DNA of 64,000 nucleotides from Azolla caroliniana (lineage: Eukaryota > Plantae > Polypodiophyta): the NCBI GenBank assembly GCA_043228905.1, contig JBHGNT010000020.1:10974001-11038000 (forward strand), given 5' to 3'. A program made the translations under genes and the position numbers. Positions 1 to 12,615 of the stretch are shown here, piece by piece; within the stretch, counting starts at the first letter, position 1; every line of letters starts with the position of its first letter. The notes beneath the pieces were generated by a model. The model searched no databases, had not been told where the DNA came from, and worked only from the letters and a program-made list of their open reading frames with translations.

Positions 1-451
1 ATTAGTCTTCGACTTCATCTTCAAAGGGAGGTCACCTTAGTGGTCGCCAAAAAGTCATTGTCGCCAAAAAGTGTTATTGGTTTTAGGGTTAGGGTATAGA
101 GGATGAGGATGAATGGTAATGGTGTAATAGTAAAAATGATGGAGAGTATGATGGTGAGAGAGATGATGATGATGTTGAGAAGCATTGTGGGGTGGGGGGT
201 GGTGCCAAGGGGGTTCAACGTTAAGGAGGAGAGAGAGAAAGAAAGATGTCATTGATCTTTCAATCCCGCAATCTTAACTCATCTCCATCATCATCAACAT
301 TCATTACCATCATCGTCGTTAACCCTATGTCTATCTTCATCATTAATCACTATCATAATCATCGTTATCATTAACCCTAACCCTAAATCCCACAACACTT
401 TTTGGCGACTACTAAAGCGACCCCCCTTTGAAGATGAAGTCGAAGACTAAT
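1..451. mobile_element. MITE-like element with long terminal inverted repeats
   Basis: 1-55 ATTAGTCTTCGACTTCATCTTCAAAGG..GTCGCCAAAAAGT is the near-perfect reverse complement of ~397-451; inner TTTAGGGTTAGGG / CCCTAACCCTAAA motifs extend the symmetry; non-coding; left TSD is outside the window. Confidence 0.7.
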
Positions 452-1099
452 ACGCGGCAAAGCCATGACAACAACAAAATGTGCAAGAAATCAAATCGAT
501 GATGTGCGAGAAATAGTGATGGTCATTGGAAGCTGTCGACGAATGTAACACAATGATGATGTGCGAGGGGAGGACGTTGAATGATATGCAATGGAAGGAA
601 GCGTGGTGCATGAGATGACCGGAAGACGACGACGAACCGACAAAGACAGAAAAAGGTTGGAGAAGCCAGAATGCGGCCACCAAAACGAAGGTCGAGTAAT
701 GGACAAGACGCCAGACAACGATGATGGAGCCGGAGAAGAAAACGAAGACGGCTAGGCAAGGACGACAACAACGGTCGGAGATAGAGCCGGAACAACGGAC
801 AAGTGGCCAAATAGTGGCCGAGGAGCGGCCGGAGTGGCAGGAATAGTCGAATAGTGGCCGGAGTGGCCAGACGGGCTGGACAGAGAACCGCCAAACGACG
901 ACCGAAATGGGCCGAACAGTCGGAATGGTGACGGAGCCGGGACGACGATCAGACGGCGGTGGCCACATACCAACGGCGGAAGGACCGGACAGAGATGGAC
1001 AACCACAGCCGGCCAACGGAAACGATGGCGGCAACCCAGAGAAGGAGATGGCGTGCAAGCAAAAGGGAGAGTGAAGGTCACATTTCCTCCCTACCCTGA

Positions 1100-1485
1100 A
1101 ACGCCAAAAATAGAACAAGGAAGAAGTGGAAGAAACAGAGGAAGAAAGAGAGAAGATTTGCAGAAGACGTCGAACAAGAAGAAGTCGCAAAGAAAGAAAG
1201 AAGAGAAATGATGAAGCAAAGAGGAAAGAGAAGAGCAATGCAGAGAAAAAGAAGAATAAGAGAAAGAAGTAGCAAACAAGAAGAGGAAGGAGAGGAAGAT
1301 AGAAGCCTCAGAAAAAAAGAAGACGAAGAAAAGAAAGAGAGAAGGGAAGAAGAAACAGAGAAAACATAAACACAGAGACGGATAGAAAGAGCAGGAAATA
1401 GAAGAAAGATACAAACCAACGGAAAGAAGGAAGAAGAAGAAATAGAAGAAAACACAAAAAGAGAGGGAAAAAGAAAAAAGAAAGG
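1100..1485. repeat. purine-rich (GAA/AGA) low-complexity tract
   Basis: almost only A/G; overlapping minus-strand ORFs are F/L/S low complexity. Confidence 0.8.
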
Positions 1486-1954
1486 GGCATGTACAAAATT
1501 TAAAACCTCAACCGCGAGGGTACATAATTAAAATTTTAAAAATCAAAGGGCACCTACGAAATTTCAAAAACTCATCAACCTAAAAGAAATGGACGCGATC
1601 GACACACAACACACAAAATCAACAAAAGGAAGATACACATACATACAACGTTTTCGGACCTATGATATCAATGTTCGTGAACCAATAGAACGGGAATGTT
1701 CATGTCGATGAAGATTCGCTGACCGATGAAGATGTTCGAGTCAAGTGCTCCGATTGAGGGAGTCGATCATTGAGAGGACCAATGGAAGTTCCAGTCAAAG
1801 AAAGATTATGATCAAGGCATGTGGGATCGACGTGCAAGGCACTCTCCCACGGGTGTGCCATATTGTGTTACTGTACGAAATGTACTGGTGATTGATAAGT
1901 GTGATAAGTGAGGGTGAAAGATGTAATGCGTTGATATGTATGTGTAATGTTATA

Positions 1955-2389
1955 TGTTAAGAATTAGGTAAGTAATTAAAGGTAGATTAATTAGTACCTA
2001 ATTATGTGATTAGTTGATAAGTGGAAGATTAAGTGATATGTGTGTGTATGTGTGTGTGTGTGAGAGGAAGAGAGAGAGAGAGATACACTTATGAACAACA
2101 CAAGATGGGGGATGAGTAAGTATGTTAAATTAGCATTATCATCATCAAATACAAAAATACCCACAATGAGGTATATATACATCTCATGTGCAACGGTGCA
2201 CATGTGTGAGTAGAATATAGGTACTAATGTGTAAGTCCTATATTAAATGTACTTAGGAGTGGAGGATCTAGAATATCCCACTTAAGTACAAGGTCCTATT
2301 TAAGGCGTTATAGTCAACACTATCTAGGTAACTACGAAGTTACATGGTTGACTAATTAACTAAACTAAGTTGAGCTTGATCTCTCAACA
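1955..2389 (-). repeat. 3' LTR of copia A
   Basis: direct repeat of 10992-11435, TGTTAAG...CTCAACA. Confidence 0.93.
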
Positions 2390-2476
2390 CGCCCACTCAA
2401 GCTCAAGTGTGAGGCATCCGACATCCGCTTTGGCTTTCGTCGGCTTCGTGTGCTTCCGTCCGGCCTTCGGCTTTCT

Positions 2477-4626
2477 TCACCGTGGCAATCTCGGTTCCTC
2501 CCCCTCAAGCTGATGACGAAGGCTTGTAGTGTGTGGGTGAAGGTTGACTACTTTCACCCATCGTGGGTTACGAGCCGCTTCGGTGGAGCTCTTGGGCTCT
2601 TGTTCGCCCACTACCTTCATCGCGAAGGCATAATGATGGGCCATATACTTGTTGTAGCCGAGCTGAGTGACAAGATTCTTCTCTCTAGAAGAGCGCCGAA
2701 GTTTTTCGCTCGCTGATGTGAGCGCCTTCTTTGCTCCGGGTGTCCCCATGATGGGTACACCGAACTCACTATCTAGTGAGGGAGCCGACACATCCAGATC
2801 ACTGTCGTCGGGGTGATCGACTTCGTATTCAGGCATCTTACCTTTGCCTTTCTCCAAGTTCGTACTTGGCCGCGACGTGCTTGGGTTGCGTGGGGGCTCT
2901 TGTGGCCCACTAGCCTTTGCCGTAATCGGACTTTCTTCGAACATGTGTTCGAAGCGATCTCCATCTTCTACCTCTTGTTCGGCGGATTCCGGGTCGACCG
3001 GAGTCGGAGTCGAAGTTGCCTTTGGTGCGTACAACAATGCGAACTCGTCAAAGACTATGTCTCGACTTACCCAAACCGCTCGGGTAGAAGGGTTGTAGCA
3101 CTTGTATGCTTTCTTCTCGGATGAGTATCCTATGAGGATACATTCCTCCGACTTCGCGTCGGGCATCTGTCGTTGTTCGTTCCGGATGTGTACATTCGCA
3201 ATGCTTCCGAACACCTTGAGGTGCGACAGGATCGTCTTCCTTCTGACAAGGAGCTCGTATGGAGTTAGCTCATGCACTCCATTAGTGGTGCATCGATTCA
3301 TGAGATAGACGGCCGTGGATGCCGCTTCGGCCCAATAGAAATTCGGCATGTGCTTCTCATGCATCATGGCGCGTGCTACCTCAAGTATTTGCCGATTCTT
3401 CCTTTCGGCTACTCCATTTTGTTGGGGTGTGTGTCGGCATGAGAATTCTCTCTGAATGGCTTCACTATGGAGATAGGAGGTGAATTCGTCGGAGAAATAC
3501 TCCTTTCCTCCGTCCGATCGTAGGCATTGAATGTGCCGACTGGTTTCTTTTTCGACTTGCCCCTTGAGCTTTTGGAAGTGGGAGAACACTTCGCTCTTCT
3601 TCTTCATCGGGTAGATCCACGAGTAGCGCGAGTAATCGTTGATGAAGGTTACGTAGTATCGGCATCCGCCGATCGTCAACGTTTGAGCCGGTCCCCATAC
3701 ATCCGAGTGTATGACGTCGAGGAGGCCTTTGCTTGCGGAGCTCTCCTTCGGGAATGGGAGTCAATGTTGTTTGCTGAGTTGACACGCTTCGCATACTCGG
3801 TCAACTCATTTTGACTCGAATGTCGAAAGTCCGATAACGACTCCCTTTGTTTGCATAGCTTGGAAGCCGTTGGAGGTTTATGTGGCCGATTCTCTACAAG
3901 TGCCACAACTCGATGCTTGTCTCGGTTTTGAGACCTTTGGCGTACATTGCCGATTTCACCTCGTTCGAATCAAGGATGAACATTCGGCCGTCTCTCCGCC
4001 CCTTAGCTATGAGTCGGCCATCTTTCTCAATGAAACAACCTTCATTGTTGAAGCAAACTTGCATGCCTTGCTCCACAATTTGGCCGACCGAGACCAAATT
4101 CTTCATTATTATGGGCATGTGCAAGACATTCTTGATGCAAGTTTGCTTGCCTTCTTTCCCGAATGGGACATTGCCGATGTGTCGAAAGGGGTGAGTGGTG
4201 TCATCTCCCGTCTCTATGAAGCTAGGTCGATCCGGCGTTCGTAAATCACGAAACCACTCTTCATGAGATGTCATGTGATGTGAGGTGCCGGAATCGACGA
4301 ACCACACGTCTTCCGAGTTGGAGGTGCTTGCAGAGTTGGAGGTCTTCATAGAGTTTGCTCTATGCCTCATTACGAATAGTCCTCTGTAATCATCGTATTC
4401 GGAGTTGACGGCGTAATTCGTGTGTTGTCGACTTGTGGAAGCCGACTCGCTTCTTCTTTTTCGGCATTCCTCCTCGCGGTGGCCGATTTTGCCGCAATAG
4501 TTGCAAGTTGTGGGCCTCGTTTGCCGACCATGTTCGGCGTGGAAGCTCCCCCTTCTTCCGAAGGTTCCTCGATGGCTTCCATGAAGGTTTGAGTTCCCTT
4601 CATGTTATGGGTCGAATTGACCTCTT
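2477..4626 (-). pseudogene. copia A gag C-terminus, protease and integrase (disrupted)
   Basis: WFVDSGTSHHMT protease; YYVTFINDYSR..LRSDGGKEY..QQNGVAERKNR integrase core; ILIGYS (GKGY-like) motif; frameshifts. Confidence 0.9.
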
Positions 4627-7600
4627 TGTAGAAACAAATAGCGTGCGAAAGCAATAGAAAAAAGAAAACAGAGAACAGGTTTAATGGAGAGCTTAACAAT
4701 ACGCGGGAGAGACAGAGAAAGAGAGAGAGAGCACAAAAACTCAATTCAAAAATACTACTCAGTCTATACATCGTATGTGTTCAAAGAACACCTTTATACA
4801 AGTCCATACAGACTGACAGAAGTACGGTGTACTTCAATGCTCACACGAGAGTCTGACACTAACTACGAGATATTAACTCCCTAGTAGACTAGCTGCTACT
4901 TGGCTTTCGGTTACTGCTTGATCCAGCTAACCGGCTCCCTAGTTCACCGGTCATCCTTCTGGATGCTGATCCGGATCCGCTTGAGCTTGCTGCTCAACAC
5001 TCCCCCTCAAGCTCAACTTGAGGTCGGATCGTAGTGTCAGTCTCCATGGCAGCCGGTCCATCCACCCGGCTCCTTCTGGCGTCACACCGCCTTGCTCACG
5101 CTCCTCGTCCGGTCCGGTCCCGTTTGCCGCGACCTTTCTGTTTTTGCGCAGCTCGACCTCCTTCGTCGGCTTGTCTGCTCAATAGGCCCAAATCAGCTCC
5201 CTCGTTGCTGTGACTTCGGCGCTTGTCGACCCGCCGATTCCTTCGCGTCGACTTTTGCTGCTATCTTGTCCTCTTGGCCTTGAATTGATTCGGTTCTTCC
5301 GAATCCGTCTGTTGACCCGAGTCGGCTGTCTCCGATTCGTTCCAGCTCTTGTCTGAATCGGTTGCTCCTGATTCGTCTTCCCCTTTGTCAATTCTTCCCT
5401 CACCGGTGCAATCGGCAGTCTCTTTGCCTTTGCCCATTCCGGTGTCTTTGCCCGTTCTCCCCCTCAAGTGTGGCACGTCGAGATGCTGAACACCAATCAT
5501 TTCGGTGAAGTGTTGCAACTTGTCCGATCCGAGCGGTTTGGTGAAGATGTCGACAACTTGCCGATCCGTATGAACATACCGAAGTTCGACTTCATCGCTC
5601 AGGACACGCTCACGCGCGAAGTGGTAGTGCACTTCTATGCGCTTTGTGCGAGATGGAATACGTGGTTCTTGGCGAGCTGCATGCTTCTGATGTTGTCACA
5701 GTAGATCAGGATCGGGGTTGGCACCTCGATTTGGAGGTCCTGCAGCAAACGCCGAATCCAAATGGCTTCACAAGTGGCAACGGTAGTGCCCCGGTATTCA
5801 GCCTCAGTGCTCGAAAGGGCCACTATTGGCTACTTTTTGTTGCTCCACGCAACAACAGCGCTACCAAGGGAAAACATATATCCGGAGATGGATCGGCGAT
5901 CCGATGCATCGCCGGCCCAGTCGGCATCGGTGTAGCCGACCATGCCGGTATAACAGTCCCCGTCCCGTGTCTTCATGCCGCTCACATACTGCATTATTCG
6001 GTGCGCGCACTGAAGATGCTCTACGGTCGGCTCCTGCACGAATTGGCTAATCACACCGACCGGATAGCTGATGTTGGGTCAGGTGATGGTCAAATATATA
6101 AGGCTTCCGACAATTCGTCGGAACCGTTTCTCATCGCAGGCCGGTCCGGAGTCAGGACGAAGCTTCTAGTTCCGGTCCAGGGGTGTGGATATCGGTTGGC
6201 ATTCCGTCATGCCGAACTTGTACAACATATTCAACACATAGTGTCTCTGTGAGAGCAATATGCCGTCGAGGGTTCGGATCACCTCGATCCCAAGGAAATA
6301 GTGGAGGTCCCCTAGATCCTTCATCTCAAATGCGTCCAACAACTGGGACTTGACTCAGCTGATTTCATCGAGTCCGGGTCCGGTGATGACCAAATCATCA
6401 ACATACAACAAGATGCAAACCGGACCATCAGGACCTTGCTGGATGAACAGTGAAGAGTCGGATTTGGAGGCCACAAACCCCATCTTACACAACTGGTGCG
6501 TGAACTTCGCATTCCAAGCTCGGGGGGCTTGCTTCAGGCCATAAAGTGACTTCTTCAGCTGGCATAAAGACCTCCTGTTCATCTCTGTCTGGAAACTAGG
6601 AGGTTGGGTCATAAAGACCTCCTTTTCTAGATCGCCTTGAAGAAATGCATTCTTCACGTCCATCTGGTGAAGATGCCACTCCCTTGTCACAGCAACCGCC
6701 AGCACCACATGAACCGTTGTCATCTTCGCTATCGGAGCGAAGGTCTCGTCGTAGTCGATTCCGTGGGTCTGCGTGTATCCCTTCGCCACTAACCAGGCCT
6801 TGTACCGGTTAACTAAACCGTCGGCGTTGTACTTTACCTTGTACTCCCACTTGCATCCGATCGGTTTACAATGACGGGGAGGGTCAACCAGGTCCCATCT
6901 CTCGTTGGCATCAAGTGCCCGCATCTCTTCTTCCATAGCGGCACGCCAATGTGCGTCCTTTGCCGCTTCTGCGTAGCTTTCCGACTCACGCACTTCCGCC
7001 ACCTTGGTCATGTACGCATAGTGATGCGCCATGTACTCATTGTACCCGTACCACTTAACAAGTTCCTTCTGGCGGGTTGACTGGCGTAACCCACCGTTAC
7101 CCGGTTTGAGGCCCTTCTTGGAGTCAGATCCACTTTGATCCGACTCATCATTACCGGTTTCATAATCCAACATCTTCTTCTTCCCCTTATCTTTGTGCGT
7201 GAACCGTCTCCTCGGCTCCTTGCGCGGGGAGAGCACGATAGAGTCTTCACTACTCGCCGGTTCCTCTTCTGACTGGTCGAATTGACTCAGTCTCTCGTTC
7301 AGCCCACTCAACCGAAACGATTCCAGACTCTCTTCTTGAGTCCCGAATTCATCATCTTCTATCTGGACCGGTTCAGGCTCACTAGCCTCGTCCTCCGGTA
7401 TCGGGTCGGGGTCGGAAGTCGGAGCTGGTAAGGCATACCATGATGTCGTCTCATCAAACTCAACATCGCGGCTAACTTGGACCTGCTTCGTCCGGGGGTT
7501 ATAACACTTATACCCCTTTTGCTCATGTGAGTAGTCGACGAGGATACACTTCTCCGATTTTGCATCCAGCTTCCTCCGCTTCTCATCCGGCACATGCACA

Positions 7601-10164
7601 TATGCTATGCTGCCAAAAATCCGAAGGTGTCTCAAATTCGGCTTGCGCCTGAAATACAGCTCATGTGCGGACACCTTGTCACCGATCCGGTTTTGGATGT
7701 GGACGGTTGTCCGGACCGCCTCCGCCCAGTAGAAATGGGGCATGCTCTTCTCTTCCAGCATTGCCCTTGCCGCGTCGACAAGCGACCGGTTCTTCCTTTC
7801 GGCCACACCGTTTTGCTCCGGTGTGTATCTACAACTGAACTCTCTGAATTCGCCGGAAAAATATTCTTTTCTGCCATCTAACCGCATGCACTTGATCTTC
7901 CTCTCTGATTCCCGTTCCACCATGCTTTGGAGGTTCCGGAAATAGTCGAAGACTTCACTCTTCCGGTCAATGAGGTAGATCCATGTGTGCCAACTATAGT
8001 CGTCGATGAAGGAGACGAAGTATCGACTCCCGCCAAGACTCACGTTCAGTGTCGGTCCCCATACATCCGAATGAATAAGGTCGAGCTTGTTATGGCTACG
8101 GTTTCACTCGGCGGGGAATGGAAGCCGGTGTTGCTTCCTGAGTTGGCAGGCTTCACATACTTGAGCCTTCCGGCCACTGAACTTTGGCAAACCGAAAACA
8201 ACTTGTTTCATTTGCATGTCTTGAAGCCTAGTCCGGTAATTTATGTGGCTGATTCGCTTGTGCCAGAGATCGATGTCCAATTCAATCTTTTGTCCTCTGG
8301 TGAACAAAGCGGTGTCGAAGTCATTGGTGTCGAGGATGAACATCCTCCCGTCTCTGCGCCCTTCTGCAATAATCTAGCCCTCCTCCTCGACGAAGCACCC
8401 GAGGTGCGTAAACCGCACCTACATTCCCTGGTCGACGATCTGTCCGACCGACACCAGGTTCTTTGTGATAGTCGGAACGTGTAATACGTTCATCAGCTTC
8501 CCCCTCTGTCCGACGTGACTCAAAGGGACTTCACTGACATGCACGATTGGGTGAGGAGTGTTGTCTCTGGTTTCGACAACTCCCGGTTGTTCTAGTTTCT
8601 CTAGGAAGGAGAACCACTCTTTGTGGTTTGTCATGTGATTTGATGCATCGGAATCAACGTACCACACTTCCTCCGATTTGGAAGTGATCTTCTTCATTGA
8701 ATTTGCCTCATGCTTCATTACCAAGGTTGGCCCCTTACCAGTCTTCCCGGTTCCGGATCCTTTCGATCCTTCCACGTAGTGCGAGCTTTGCCGGTTCATC
8801 CGACCGGTTTTGCCGGATCCAGATCTGTCCAAATCAACGCGCTTCTTCCAGCACTCGCTTTCTCTATGGCCCTTTTTGCCATAGTACTAGCATTCCGTGG
8901 CGGATTTGTCTTGCCAGCTTCCGGCGCCGCCTTGACTCCCCCTCATTGTGGAGGTCCCGGAACTGTTGTCAGCAAGGTCTCTGTGTCGTCGGTCTTTCCC
9001 TTGCCGGCCGCCTCCATTGTGTGCCGACCCGCCTCGTCCACCATGCCCACGGGGCCGATCCACCGTTGTGTACAACATCCGGCTGTCAGTGGGTGCACTT
9101 GTTGACGCACCGGCGTGGTTCTCCTCTACAAGGAGCATCAATTGTAGGTCGAAAAATGATAGTGTATTCTCCCTCGTACATATTGTTGTCCAGAAAGCTC
9201 AGAACTTAGACTTCAGGCCCCCAAGACAGACCTGTACCATCTCTTCTTCCTCCACAGTGACATTGATAGAGGCAAGCGAGTCACAGATCTCTTTGATTCG
9301 GGTCGTGTAATCAGCCACTGACATGTCCTTCTGTCGGACATTGCTCAACTCCTGTCGGAGTTGCAGCTTCTGGGCTGTAGTGCTTGCGGCGAACACCTTC
9401 TTCAGGTTTCCCCAAGCCTCTTTCGGCGTCTTGGCATCTCGGATGTGGCTCAGCAGCTGGTCTCCGACACTGGAGGCAAAGCAGTACATCACTCTGCTTG
9501 TTGATTGTTCCCATACCGGGAAGTCCTTGTGTGCCACATCAAGTGTTGTGTCATTAGTTCCGTCGACATAGCTCCAGTAACCATGCCCAAGCAGGTACTG
9601 GTGCACCTTATATGACCAAGCTGCGTAGTTGGATTTGTCAAGCTTCTCCACCGGAACCGAGCTAGCCATTCCTCTATCCATTTGTTTTTTTCCTGTTCTT
9701 TACAAAGGTTAGGTTTTCTTCTTGCGAAAGCGAATGTCAGGTGCAGAGGTTCTCAACCCTCGTGCTCTGATACCATGTAGAAACAAATAGTGTGTGGAAG
9801 CAATAGAAAACAAAAAACAGAGAACAAGTTTAATGGAGAGCTTAACAGTACGCGGGAGAGACAGAGAGAGCACACAGAAACTCAATTCAAAAATACTACT
9901 CAATCTGTACATCGTATGTGTTCAGCGAACACTTTTATACAAGTCCATACGGACTGACAGAAGTACGGTGTACTTCAATGCTCACACGAGAGTCTGACAC
10001 TAACTACGAGATATTAACTCCCTAGTAGACTAGCTGCTACTTGGCTTCCGGTTACTGCTTGATCCAGCTAACCGGCTCCCCAGCTCACCGATCATCCTTC
10101 TGGATGCCAATCCAGCTCAGGCTTATTCAGCCGATCCGGATCCGGTTGAGCTTGCCGCTCAACA
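4627..10164 (-). mobile_element. Ty1/copia element B nested in the gag of element A
   Basis: LTRs 4627-4999 and 9776-10164; perfect 5-bp TSD CTCTT (4622-4626, 10165-10169); tRNA-iMet PBS 9764-9775; PPT ~5000-5016. Confidence 0.95.
5460..9681 (-). pseudogene. copia B gag-pol polyprotein (gag, PR, IN, RT, RNase H), degenerate
   Basis: EKLDKSNYAAW gag; WYVDSDASNHM; SFIDDYS integrase; QMDVKNAFL..LYGLKQAPRAW..YVDD RT; YTDADWAG RNase H; multiple stops and frameshifts. Confidence 0.92.
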
Positions 10165-10820
10165 CTCTTCTACCGCCTCAACCTCTTCCTTGACCATCGT
10201 CTGAATTCGAGAAGAACATTTGTCCTTCCGACATCTTGCTTTTGGTTCGGACATCGTTCTCTTCGACCAATAACATTGATTGGAGGTCAAAGAATGAAGG
10301 AGGGTTTTCTCTCGCCAAGGTTGTCGTCTGTAATGGATCGAATCGTTGTGCGAGGTCGCCCAAGCATAATTGAATCATCTCGTCTTCGTCGACGTTTATG
10401 TTGATGGAACCAAGTGAGTCACAAATGCTCTTGATCTTGGTGGTGTAGTCTGACACAGACATATCTTCTTGTTGGATATTGTTCAACTCTTGTCGGAGTT
10501 GAAGCTTTCGGGCGGTCATGTTGCGCTGCGAAAGTTTTCTTTAAATTCACCCACACTTCTTTAGGCATCTTGGCATCTCGAATGTGGCTAAGCATGTGGT
10601 CTTGGACACATGTTGCCAAGCAATACATGACTCGACTCGCCACCATCTCCCATGTTGCGTAGTCAGCGTTTTGTGAGTCGGGTCGATTTTCTTGAGTGTC
10701 GTTGATGTAGCTCCAATACCCTTGGCCGACGAGGTATTGGGTCATCTTGTACTCCCAAGATGAATAATTGCTCCGGTCTAGCTTTTCACTAGGGAGCGAG
10801 CTACCCATTTGTGTGTTCAT
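10165..10820 (-). pseudogene. copia A gag N-terminal part
   Basis: EKLDRSNYSSW..ARKLQLRQELNN, frameshifted; continues below 4626 on the other side of B. Confidence 0.88.
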
Positions 10821-10991
10821 GTTGATTGTAGTGTCTTCTCTTCTTTTACTTTTCTTCTGTCGATCACATACACGTGCTACGTAGCGGCACTACGGTTGCC
10901 GATAGCCGGATTTTGTCATCAGCATTTCGAACAAACAATCACAGAGTTGGGTGGGCTTAGTGAATTTTCTAAACCACGCGCTCTGATACCA

Positions 10992-11435
10992 TGTTAAGAA
11001 TTAGGTAAGTAATTAAGGGTGGATTAATTAGTACCTAATTATGTGATTAGTTGATAAGCGGAAGATTAAGTGATATGTGTGTGTGTGTGTGTGAGAGAGG
11101 AAGAGAGAGAGAGAGATACACTTATGAACAACACAAGATGGGGGATGAGTAAGTATGTTAAATTAGCATTATCATCATCAAATACAAAAATACCCACAAT
11201 GAGGTATATATACATCTCATGTGCAAAGGTGCACATGTGTGAGTAGAATATAGGTACTAATGTGTAAGTCCTATATTAAATGTACTTAGGAGTGAAGGAT
11301 CTAGAATATCCCACTTAAGTACAAGGTCCTATTTAAGGCGTTATAGTCAACACTTCTAACTAGATTCTATCGGGTAACTACGAGGTTACATGGTTGACTA
11401 ACTAACTAAACTAAGTTGAGCTTGATCTCTCAACA
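10992..11435 (-). repeat. 5' LTR of copia A
   Basis: direct repeat of 1955-2389 with adjacent PBS. Confidence 0.93.
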
Positions 11436-11624
11436 CTATACAATTATGAGTGTGAATGTAAGTGTGAGTGTGGTGGATACAAAGAGGTGTGAGTAGTGAC
11501 TAGGTGTGAATGCCCAAAGGGGCTTGCACCCCTGTGTATCTACCCTTTTGGAACTATTTAACCCCTTATGGGGAATGAATGAAAAAAACAAGGAATATGT
11601 CTCTCTCAATCTCTCTCTCTTGTC

Positions 11625-11808
11625 ATCTCTCTCTCCTTACGTTGAACCCCCTTTAGAGGGGGGTGGAGCCATTCTAGGCACCACCCCCCACCCCACAATG
11701 TGTCTCAATGCTTCTCAACATCTTCATCATCTCTCTCACCATCATTTTCACTATTACACCATTACCATTCATCCTCGTCCTCTACCCTAACCCTAAAACC
11801 AATAACAA
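11625..11808 (-). repeat. inverted partial copy of the internal part of the MITE-like element at 1-451
   Basis: reverse complement of ~72-240 (..CACCACCCCCCACCCCACAATG..CCCTAACCCTAAAACCAATAACA). Confidence 0.8.
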
Positions 11809-12486
11809 AATAAATAGCATAATAATAGTTGTCTCATTAGCAATTTGTCTTGTCTCACAATTTTGAAGTCAATGGTTCAAACCGGGAATTGGAATTCCCG
11901 CACGTATCTATCTATCTACCATCTATCTTCAATACTATCTCGCTTGCGCTAGTCCTTCTAGTCCAGAACACTGACGTTTCCGCTTCATTTTTTGAAATGA
12001 TCCTTTCGATCGTCCATCACCACTTGCGGATAGAGGCCGGTGCTTGTCTACGCACATCGCGACGTTTGGCACATGTGTCAAGTGCTTCACGACATCTTTG
12101 TGGTGGGGTAAATATTTTCTTAATCTCTCTCTCTCTCTCTTTCTCTCAGTCAACCCACACAAGCCTCTTCGACAACAAGAACGACCCAATTGTAAACCTA
12201 AACGACGGTCTATTCCTTACAAGCACAAGTCACCCGATTCATCCTCCTTGGTCAAACACCCCGATGGTCCCGCTCGACCGACCCACGGGCGCAGATTTCC
12301 GCGACACCGATATGGGTACAATGAGTATATGGCACATCACTATGCATACATGGCGAAGGTGGTAGAAGTGCATGAGCCGAAAATCTACGTAGAGGCGGCG
12401 GAGGATGCCAATTGGCAGAAGGCCATGGAGGAAGAGATGCATGTACTAGCGCAGAATGAGACAGGCGACTTGGTTGACGTCCCCAA

Positions 12487-12574
12487 TGTTGGAGACAAGG
12501 TCGTCTATGCGGAAGATCAAGAAGCATTCGATTCTGTTCTGTACCTGCGTATGACAGTTTCTAGGTCGTTGCAC

Positions 12575-12615
<41 letters not shown>

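Larger units (their letters stand above)
1955..11435 (-). mobile_element. Ty1/copia element A (RT/RNase H deleted; carries nested element B)
   Basis: paired TG..CA LTRs 1955-2389 and 10992-11435; tRNA-iMet PBS (GCTCTGATACCA on +, 10980-10991); PPT next to 2389; TSD TTATA/CTATA (1 mismatch); gag, protease and integrase remnants. Confidence 0.93.

Noticed and set aside
447-1496. long minus-strand ORFs (263 aa etc.)
   Set aside because: artefacts of purine-rich low complexity; no domain motifs
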